Source: Gammaproteobacteria bacterium
GTDB lineage: Bacteria; Pseudomonadota; Gammaproteobacteria; GCA-001735895
Assembly (NCBI GenBank): GCA_026989015.1
Contig: JALSKD010000177.1
Location: 64,401-128,400 of the forward strand
Reading direction: 5' to 3'
DNA length: 64,000 nt
Numbering within the stretch: position 1 is the stretch's first letter; every line of letters starts with the position of its first letter. The notes below the pieces were generated by a model. It ran no database searches. It was not told where the DNA came from and saw nothing but the letters and a program-made list of their open reading frames with translations. The position numbers and the translations under genes were made by a program. Shown here in pieces: positions 43,729 through 50,882 of the stretch.

Positions 43729-46251
43729 CTACAGCCGATCGAGCAGTTCGCCTTCCCGCGGCAGCGCGCGGGGCCGCGCAATGCCGTAGCCCTGGGCAAA
43801 ATCCACACCCAGTTCCTTCAGCGCCTGCAGGATGGCATCGTCCTCGACGAACTCGGCGATGGTGCGCAGCTTGAGCACGCTGCCGATGTTGTGGATCGAT
43901 TCCACCATCGCCCGATCGATGTCGTCTTCCACCATGTCCTTGACGAAAGCGCCGTCGATCTTCAGGTAATCCACCCGCAATGACTTCAGGTAGGCGAAGG
44001 AGCTGAGCCCACTGCCGAAATCGTCCAGCGCGAAGCGGCAACCCAGCTCGCGCAGCTCGTCCATGAACAGCTGGGCCTGGGACAGGTTGCTGATGGCCGC
44101 GGTCTCCGTGATCTCGAAGCAGATGTGGTCGGCGGCGATGGCGTGCTCGTCGATGAGCTGCTTGACGCGGTAAAGCAGGCTCTCGTCGGCCAGCGACTGC
44201 CCGGACAGGTTGATCGCGAACACCGCCTCGGCACGATGATCCCAATGCGCCTCGATCCAGGTGAACAGCCGTTCGATCACCCACAGATCGATCTTCGACA
44301 TCAGCTGGTAACGCTCGGCCGAGGTGATGAAGGCTCCGGGCGGTATCAGCTCGCCGTCTTCGGAAACCATGCGGATGAGGATTTCGTAATGCAGCGGATC
44401 GCGGTCATCGGCGATCGGCACGATCGGCTGGTAGTGCAATTCGAAGCGGTCCTCGTCGAGGGCATTCTGGATGCGCACCAGCCAATGCGCCTCGCCGCGC
44501 CGCTGGGAGATCTCGACATCGTTCGGGCTGTAGATGTGCACCCGATTGCGCCCCGCGTCCTTGGCCGCGTAACAGGCCGAGTCGGCGGCCTTGAACACCT
44601 CGTCCATGTCCGGGCTGTGGGCGTCCACCATCACCAGTCCGACGCTGATGCCAACCTGGAAGGACTGATCCTGCCAGCCGAAGCGGAAATCCTCCACCGC
44701 CATGCGGATGTTCTCGGCCACATTCACCGCCGGACCCAACTCGCATTCGCTGAGGATGATCGCGAACTCGTCCCCGCCCAGCCGCGCCAGCGTATCGGCG
44801 CCTCGGATCTTGGAACGGAAGATGTCGGAAAGCTGGCGCAACAGCTCGTCACCGGCGGCATGGCCGCAGGTGTCGTTGACCACCTTGAACTTGTCCAGAT
44901 CCATGAAACACAGGCAGTGTTCGGTGCCTTCCTCGCGGGCGGTGTCGATCACCTTCTCCAGCCGCCGCTCGAACTCGCGGCGGTTGACCAGCCCGGTCAG
45001 CTCGTCGTGGGTCGCCTGCCATGAAAGCCGGTTGGCCAGACGGTGCGACTTGCTCACATCGCGCAGGATCAGCACCGCGCCTATGGTGTCACCGATCGCG
45101 TTGTGGCGCGGCGTCGCCACCTGGTGGATGACCCGCTGCTCCCCCTGCTTGTCGATGAGCACATCGCCGGATACCGAATCCACCTGCTTGCCGCTCTCGA
45201 TGCAGGCAAACACCGGCAGTTGCTTGTTGTCGGACTCGATGGTGATCACCCGGTCGATGCGCTGACCCAGCAATTCCTGCTCGTCGTAGCCGGTCAGCTT
45301 CAGGGCCGCCGGGTTGATGTAGGTGATCTGGCCGATGATGTCGGTGGTGATCACCCCATCGGCGATACAGGAAAGGGTGACCTGGGCCTGTTCCTTTTCC
45401 CGGTACAGCGCTTCCTCGAAGGCCTGGCGCTCGGTGATGTCCTTGATGGTAACGATATACTGCCGGTCCTCGCCCTTCAGAATGCTGCTCACGGCCAGTT
45501 CGGCATGGAACAGCTCACCGCCTTTCTTCAGCCCCTTGACCGTCTGCAGGTAATCCAGCGCCGCGAGACCGTCATCGGAGTGGATCATCTGCTCGACGCG
45601 CCGGTTGTGCGGCGACGGCAGCAGCATGCCCACCGGCTTGCCGAGCACCTCGTACTGATCGTAGCCGAACATCTTCTGCGCCGAGCGGTAGAAACTGCTG
45701 ATGCGCCCCATGCGGTTGAGGATGACCACCGCATCGAGGGTATTGTCGAGCACCGTCTTGAGCTGGAACTCCTGCTCGCGGGAACGGGCGACGACGGTCT
45801 CCAGCTCGAACAGGGTGCGCTTGAGAAACTGCTCGTGGCGGATTCGCTGACGGGCATCGCTGATGCGCAAAAGGCATCCGGGTTCGCCGTCCGTGTTCAC
45901 CGGCGTCACCTCGATGCTGTGCGGCAGCGGCTGTCCGCCGGCCTCATCCTGTGATGTATCGAACAGCGGCAGACTGCAGCGGTGCAGGCGCGCCGACAGC
46001 AGCGAAGACAGGCCGGAGGCCAGCGCATCCCGGATCGCCTGTTGCAGTGGCTCGCCCAGATCGGCAAACCGTTCAGCCAGCGTGTGGCCATGCACCTGGG
46101 TGTCTTGCAGCCCGCTGTGTCGTTCCATCCACCGGTTCCACAGGCGTACCCGCGCATGGCGGTCGAGCAGTACGAGGCCCATACCGACCTCGTCGAGCAG
46201 CGCATGCGGCTCGGCCCGGAGCGCTTCGACGGACGGTTCGACGGCCGGCAT
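43729..46251 (-). CDS. PAS-PAS-PAS-GGDEF-EAL signalling protein
   Basis: Three PAS modules, an intact GGDEF (RLGGDEF) and an EAL domain (YEILIRM...DDFGSGLSS). Confidence 0.85.
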   Translation of the reverse strand: MPAVEPSVEALRAEPHALLDEVGMGLVLLDRHARVRLWNRWMERHSGLQDTQVHGHTLAERFADLGEPLQQAIRDALASGLSSLLSARLHRCSLPLFDTSQDEAGGQPLPHSIEVTPVNTDGEPGCLLRISDARQRIRHEQFLKRTLFELETVVARSREQEFQLKTVLDNTLDAVVILNRMGRISSFYRSAQKMFGYDQYEVLGKPVGMLLPSPHNRRVEQMIHSDDGLAALDYLQTVKGLKKGGELFHAELAVSSILKGEDRQYIVTIKDITERQAFEEALYREKEQAQVTLSCIADGVITTDIIGQITYINPAALKLTGYDEQELLGQRIDRVITIESDNKQLPVFACIESGKQVDSVSGDVLIDKQGEQRVIHQVATPRHNAIGDTIGAVLILRDVSKSHRLANRLSWQATHDELTGLVNRREFERRLEKVIDTAREEGTEHCLCFMDLDKFKVVNDTCGHAAGDELLRQLSDIFRSKIRGADTLARLGGDEFAIILSECELGPAVNVAENIRMAVEDFRFGWQDQSFQVGISVGLVMVDAHSPDMDEVFKAADSACYAAKDAGRNRVHIYSPNDVEISQRRGEAHWLVRIQNALDEDRFELHYQPIVPIADDRDPLHYEILIRMVSEDGELIPPGAFITSAERYQLMSKIDLWVIERLFTWIEAHWDHRAEAVFAINLSGQSLADESLLYRVKQLIDEHAIAADHICFEITETAAISNLSQAQLFMDELRELGCRFALDDFGSGLSSFAYLKSLRVDYLKIDGAFVKDMVEDDIDRAMVESIHNIGSVLKLRTIAEFVEDDAILQALKELGVDFAQGYGIARPRALPREGELLDRL

Positions 46252-46853
46252 CACGATACCCTCCCATGCACGGCCGGCGTCTTGATGGCTTGCCAGGGCG
46301 CACCGCACCAGAGCAGCCAGGCGCGGTCCCCGCGGCCAGAGTGTTCGATCCGCAGTTCGGCCAGCGTGGCGAGGCTGCTGTCGGCAGGCCGTGGCAGGGC
46401 TGTGCTCAGTGCGCCCGGACGCTCCCGCCAGAGACGCGGCGGCGCAGCGCCATCGATACCCGTGGTCAACTGCCCGTGGTGTTCCAGGCAACGGTTGATG
46501 ATGCGGTTGCCGATCTCGGTCAGGGCCTCCTCCTCCATCTCGGTCAGCACCTCAAGACGGATCTCCTCACCCAGCAGATGATGCAGCAGGTCGCGGGCAT
46601 CGCCCTCGGTGCAGAACCACAGCATCGTGCCCCGCTCCGCAGGACGCAGGCTCTGCGCCACGCACAGCAGATCGTGTTCAGCGGGCAGCGTATCGAACAG
46701 GCTGTCCCAGTCGCCGTGACGGCAACCCTGCAGATGAAATCCCGCCTCGCCGGGCACCGAAGCGGACAGCAGCGCGCCCGCCTCGGACAAGGCGAGCTGT
46801 GTCACCTGCTGAAACAGATGCTCCCTGTCGGGAGTGGCGGTTGGGCTGGACAC
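46251..46853 (-). CDS. CheX/CheC-like protein (single E-x2-N-x21-P motif)
   Basis: EEALTEIGNRIINRCLEHHGQLTTGIDGAAPP fits the CheC/CheX phosphatase motif. Apparent GTG start. Its stop overlaps the start of the downstream PAS-GGDEF-EAL gene. Confidence 0.45.
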   Translation of the reverse strand: MSSPTATPDREHLFQQVTQLALSEAGALLSASVPGEAGFHLQGCRHGDWDSLFDTLPAEHDLLCVAQSLRPAERGTMLWFCTEGDARDLLHHLLGEEIRLEVLTEMEEEALTEIGNRIINRCLEHHGQLTTGIDGAAPPRLWRERPGALSTALPRPADSSLATLAELRIEHSGRGDRAWLLWCGAPWQAIKTPAVHGRVS

Positions 46854-46976
46854 CGGCTGTATGGTTCCGTCCTGGGCTTCGGAAAAGTCGGAGGCCGCGT
46901 ACAGGACGCGGTTTTCCCGAGTATAGACGGGGCTGGAGATTTTGCCCGCCCGGCGGGCGGATGCCGTTCCGGCCGA

Positions 46977-48089
46977 TCAGTCGATGGCCTTGCCCTGGGC
47001 TTCCGCCGGGAAGGCCGACTCATAGCCCCAGATATCGGTGTCGTAGCCCTGGGCGCGCAGCATCTCGCCACGGGCCGAGATGTAACGCTGGAAGCTGGGC
47101 TGGGTGTCATAGCCCTGCTCCAGCACATAGGCCAGGGAAGACTGGAAGTGGAAGGTCTTGAGGAACCCTTCGATGCGGTGGACCTCCTTGCCCGTATCAT
47201 CGAAGAACACCACCGACGGCGTGTAGGCGATACCCAGCTCGCGGGCATAGTCCCGGGCCGTCATGCGGCGGCCATCGACGGTGGTCACGGGTTCTTCGGC
47301 GTAGACATTCAGTTGCACACTGCGCATCTGCTTCGCCAGCGCGCGGGTCGGCGCATCGCTCAGCACGCGCTGATGCATGACCGCACAATCGTCACAGCCG
47401 GGCGCTTCGAAATAGACGGCCAGATAGCGGCCGTCTCCGCGAATCAGTGATTTGAGATCCCGTGTGTCGAGGAAGAAATCCTCGCCGATCAGGCTTCCGC
47501 TGCGCGGCGCTTCACTGTCGAGCATGTAGTTGGCGAAGGTGGTTTCCTTTTCCTTGCCCTCTCCGGCGAAGCGCAATGCCTTGCGCAGCTTTGCCGGCGG
47601 GTAGTAGCCATTGAGCCGCAGCACCACCCGGCCCTGCTCGTCGAGGAACAGCAGCGTGGGCGTGTATTGCACCTTCAGCGCTTCGGCAAAACTCTTCTCG
47701 GTGTAATCCCGGCCCCCAATGCTGACGATCTCGCGATCGCCCCACATGTTGAGGGCAATACCGTCGAAACGGCTTTGTACATAGTCACGGATCTTCGGAT
47801 CCTGGAAATTTTCCTCCACCAGCTTGGCGCAGTAGGGGCAACCGTTCTGGTAGAAATACAGCAATACCCGGCGTCCATTGTCGCGCGCCTCGGCCACATC
47901 CTCCTCGAAATCGAGGAAGCTCTCCTTGAACCATTCGGGAATCTCCGATTCACGGGCGCCAAGGTAGCGCCCTTCGGAAGTCTGCTGCCCCATCACGGAC
48001 GGCGGCATCAGCCCGAGCAGCAACAGGAGCAGTGCGGTCAATGTGGCGGCAGGGGAAAACGATCGGCTGGCCAGATAGCGTGTTCTCAT
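46977..48089 (-). CDS. Periplasmic double thioredoxin-fold protein (CPYC and CDDC)
   Basis: Signal peptide and two thioredoxin-like domains. ATG at 48089, with a GAGGA Shine-Dalgarno. Confidence 0.7.
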   Translation of the reverse strand: MRTRYLASRSFSPAATLTALLLLLLGLMPPSVMGQQTSEGRYLGARESEIPEWFKESFLDFEEDVAEARDNGRRVLLYFYQNGCPYCAKLVEENFQDPKIRDYVQSRFDGIALNMWGDREIVSIGGRDYTEKSFAEALKVQYTPTLLFLDEQGRVVLRLNGYYPPAKLRKALRFAGEGKEKETTFANYMLDSEAPRSGSLIGEDFFLDTRDLKSLIRGDGRYLAVYFEAPGCDDCAVMHQRVLSDAPTRALAKQMRSVQLNVYAEEPVTTVDGRRMTARDYARELGIAYTPSVVFFDDTGKEVHRIEGFLKTFHFQSSLAYVLEQGYDTQPSFQRYISARGEMLRAQGYDTDIWGYESAFPAEAQGKAID

Positions 48090-48271
48090 GGTGGTCATCC
48101 TCGGTGGCTGCTTGTTTGGACGCCTGCAGTGTCCCGGCAGTTTCATAGGCAGGATCTATGGACATCATCACTACAAACGATTTGGGAAATACCCTGCGGC
48201 CCCCATATTCTACCCGCAAGCTGAACAAAGCAACGATTCCCCCAACACTTTAATCAACGAGGTAAGACACA

Positions 48272-48919
48272 ATGGAAAACGAAACTCCGATCACCCGCAT
48301 GCCGCGGATCAACGAACCCGCACCGGCCTTCGAAGCCAAGACCACTCATGGCATCCGCAGGCTCGAGGACTACAAGGGCAAATGGCTGGTGCTGTTCTCC
48401 CATCCGGCCGATTTCACGCCGGTCTGCACCACCGAGTTCATTGCCTTTGCCAAGCGTGCCGAGGAGTTCGGCAAGCTCAATGCCGAATTGCTGGGACTGT
48501 CCATCGACAGCACCTACAGCCATCTCGCCTGGGCACGCAACATCAAGGAGAAATTCGGTCAGGATATCCCCTTCCCGATCATCGCCGATCTGGACATGAA
48601 GGTGGCCCAGGCCTACGGCATGATCCACCCCGGCGCTGCCGACACCTCCGCCGTGCGGGCGACCTTCATCATCGATCCTGAGGGCATGCTGCGTGCCATG
48701 GTCTACTACCCGATGACCAACGGCCGTTCCATCGATGAATTCCTGCGCCTGCTGGCCGCCTTGCAGACCTCGGACGAGCACGGCGTCGCCACTCCCGAAG
48801 GCTGGCAGCCCGGCGACAAGGTCATCGTTCCTCCGCCACAGGACATCGACAGCGCCGAAGCCCGCATGAACGAAGGCTATGAGTGCGTCGACTGGTACTT
48901 CTGCAAGAAGAACCTGTAA
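48272..48919 (+). CDS. Peroxiredoxin (Prx6/1-Cys type)
   Basis: FSHPADFTPVCTTEF peroxidatic Cys motif. 215 aa. Confidence 0.9.
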   Translation: MENETPITRMPRINEPAPAFEAKTTHGIRRLEDYKGKWLVLFSHPADFTPVCTTEFIAFAKRAEEFGKLNAELLGLSIDSTYSHLAWARNIKEKFGQDIPFPIIADLDMKVAQAYGMIHPGAADTSAVRATFIIDPEGMLRAMVYYPMTNGRSIDEFLRLLAALQTSDEHGVATPEGWQPGDKVIVPPPQDIDSAEARMNEGYECVDWYFCKKNL

Positions 48920-48963
48920 ACCCGATCAGTCCTCCCTATCCGACATCATGGCAGATGTCCTTC

Positions 48964-48988
48964 GGCCCGCCCCGCGGGCCGTTTTTTT
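48964..48988 (+). terminator. Rho-independent terminator after the peroxiredoxin gene
   Basis: GGCCCGC-ccc-GCGGGCC stem followed by GT7. Confidence 0.7.
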
Positions 48989-49250
48989 GCACAGGGAAGT
49001 GCTTATCCTGCGAGCGCAGGGACGCGCAGGAGCAGGGTTTGCACAGGGAGGTGCTTATGCCGCGAAGGCCAGGGAAGGCCGAGAGCGGCGCTTGCACAGG
49101 GGTGAGCCACGACCGTCTTGCCAGTGGCAAGACGCAGCGTAGGCGAACGCCCGGACAGGGTGAGTCATGACCGTTCTGCCAGTGGCAGAACGCAGCATAG
49201 ACGAACGCCCGGACAGGAAGTCCGGGCTGGATCGACAGACCAGGGAAGGT
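48989..49250 (+). repeat. Array of about 5 degenerate tandem units (period 53-61 bp), each with short GC stems whose loops are AGGGAA, AGGGAG or AGGAA
   Basis: Hairpins: GCAC-AGGGAA-GTGC at 48989-49002; CCTGCG...AGGGA...CGCAGG at 49007-49030; GCAC-AGGGAG-GTGC at 49041-49054; GGCC-AGGGAA-GGCC at 49067-49080; GCCCGGAC-AGGAA-GTCCGGGC at 49207-49227; ACC-AGGGAA-GGT at 49239-49250. Also two 9-bp hairpins with AGU loops, at 49114-49134 and 49172-49192. Confidence 0.7.
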
Positions 49251-49484
49251 TACCGACTCCGCAACCCACTGACGCCACCGCTACCGGAACAGCCCCACCA
49301 GCAAGGCCGAACCAACGCATCGTGGAACAGGCATCTAGCCACTGAAGGCGGACGCGGGTTTCGCGCCTGTTGACGGCAGCGCCCCGGTAGCCGGCGACGG
49401 TGCGGGACGCGAGTTCCTTTCTTTGCGGGTCCAAAGAAAGGAACCAAAGAAAAGACCCCCAGCCGCCCCGGCCTGCGGCTGCCC
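49106..49484 (+). repeat. Copy A of a 379-bp direct repeat
   Basis: About 97% identical to 49604-49982 (offset 498 bp). Contains two AGU-loop hairpins, GGA-loop hairpins, and a 13-bp hairpin GTTCCTTTCTTTG-cgggtc-CAAAGAAAGGAAC. Confidence 0.8.
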
Positions 49485-49603
49485 GGCCGTCAACCGCCCC
49501 GCACCGGCACGCCGCGATGCGCTCCCGGCGCAGCGCGGCTCACGCGGCGTCCTGCCGCGTGACCGGCACGGAACGGCCGCCGACCGGCGGGGCAGATGGG
49601 TTC

Positions 49604-49982
49604 GCCACGACCGTCTTGCCGGTGGCAAGACGCAGAGTGGGCGAACGCCGGGTCAGGGTGAGTCATGACCGTTCTGCCAGTGGCAGAACGCAGCATAGAC
49701 GAACGCCCGGACAGGAAGTCCGGGCTGGATCGACACACCAGGGAAGGTTACCGACTCCGCAACCCACTGACACCACCGCTACCGGAACAGCCCCACCAGC
49801 AAGGCCGAACCAACGCATCGCGGAACAGGCATCTAGCCACTGTAGGCGGACGCGGGTTTCGCGCCCGTTGACGACGGCGCCCCGGTAGCCGGCGACGGTG
49901 CGGGACGCGAGTTCCTTTCTTTGCGGGTCCAAAGAAAAGAACCAAAGAAAAGACCCCCAGCCGCCCCGGCCTGCGGCTGCCC
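49604..49982 (+). repeat. Copy B of the 379-bp direct repeat
   Basis: See copy A. The 119-bp spacer between copies and the flanks are unique. Confidence 0.8.
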
Positions 49983-49999
49983 CGTAGCGGCAAAGCCGC

Positions 50000-50863
50000 T
50001 CATGCAAACAGCGTGCGTGCCAGTTCGCGCAGGCGCTCGCCCTGGTGCTCCAGTTCCTGCTGCAACGCCGTACAGGCATCGATCTCGAGACCGATCAGCG
50101 CTCTGCGGGGGTCGGCCTCGGCGCAGTTGACCCGCGCTCGGTGCATGCCGACCTGCCGAATCGCATAGCCGACGATCCACTCCATGGGGCGGCGCTGCGC
50201 TTCCCGGTATTCGCCGGTGAGCGCCATCGCCGCTTCCAGATCCTCGGGCAGTTTCCATTTCAGCGCCAGCAGTCCACCGGCATCGGCCTGATCGAAGCCG
50301 AGCCGCTCACGCAAAGCCTGGTGCAGGCTCAGCCGATCATCCGCTTCTTTCTGCCGCTGCACGGCTTCCGCGAATTCGTCGGGAAGGCGGTCGGCAATCC
50401 ACAACACGCCCAGATTGTGCAACAGTCCGCCGGCCCGGGCCGCCGCCGGTTCCAAGCGTTCGGACAGCGGGCTGGCGGCGCAGATCCTGGCCGAGGCTTC
50501 GGCGCAGAGCAAGGCGTCGGTCCAGTAGCGCTCCGCGTCAAAGGCGGGGCAGCGGCTGGGATCGAAGGCCGCGGCCACGGCCAACGCCAGGCTGGTACTG
50601 CGCACCACCGACAGGCCCAGGCGGGCACAGGCCTGCTCTACCGAGAGGATGGTCTCCACCGGCGAGGACCAGGCCGAATTGGCCAGTGCGATGAGGCGGC
50701 CGGCGATGGTCGGGAATTGTTCGATGACAGCGGCGATCTCGCGGAAATCCAGCTGCTCGTTGCTCAGTGCCCGCAACAGCATCGGCGTGTTGGAGGGCAA
50801 AACCGGCAGGCGTCCGCTGCCCAGGCGGTCCAGCAGGGCGGGAGGTTCGATGTGGCGGCTCAT
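50000..50863 (-). CDS. HDOD-domain signalling protein
   Basis: HDOD motifs (LPVLPSNTPMLLRAL...HNLG). Last gene of the TBDR/DUF4154/hybrid-kinase operon. Confidence 0.8.
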   Translation of the reverse strand: MSRHIEPPALLDRLGSGRLPVLPSNTPMLLRALSNEQLDFREIAAVIEQFPTIAGRLIALANSAWSSPVETILSVEQACARLGLSVVRSTSLALAVAAAFDPSRCPAFDAERYWTDALLCAEASARICAASPLSERLEPAAARAGGLLHNLGVLWIADRLPDEFAEAVQRQKEADDRLSLHQALRERLGFDQADAGGLLALKWKLPEDLEAAMALTGEYREAQRRPMEWIVGYAIRQVGMHRARVNCAEADPRRALIGLEIDACTALQQELEHQGERLRELARTLFA

Positions 50864-50882
50864 GGTCGCACTCCTGTTGTTG

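Larger units (their letters stand above)
48989..49982 (+). ncRNA. Candidate CsrA/RsmA-binding (CsrB/RsmZ-like) sRNA locus, possibly two or more tandem genes; strand inferred from the GGA loops
   Basis: At least 8 stem-loops presenting A(N)GGA in the loop on the + strand, inside a roughly 1-kb interval free of any credible CDS between convergent genes. No GacA box or clear promoter was found. Confidence 0.3.

Noticed and set aside
46854-46976. Terminator or promoter between the double-thioredoxin gene and the CheX-like gene
   Set aside because: There is a GCCCGCC-ggg-CGGGC hairpin but no U-tract and no recognisable sigma28/sigma54/sigma70 hexamers. Left unannotated.
48989-49982. CRISPR array interpretation of the repeated interval
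   Set aside because: The repeats are degenerate (period 53-61 bp), not identical. There are no uniform-length unique spacers and no cas genes. The 379-bp unit is far longer than a CRISPR repeat.
48883-50079. Short ORFs inside the repeat interval (e.g. 48883-49170, 49167-49373, 49400-49888, 49663-50079, duplicated 68-aa peptides)
   Set aside because: They have R/P/G-rich low-complexity composition typical of out-of-frame high-GC DNA and no Shine-Dalgarno. They are duplicated only because the DNA is duplicated. Hairpin density argues for RNA structure, not coding.
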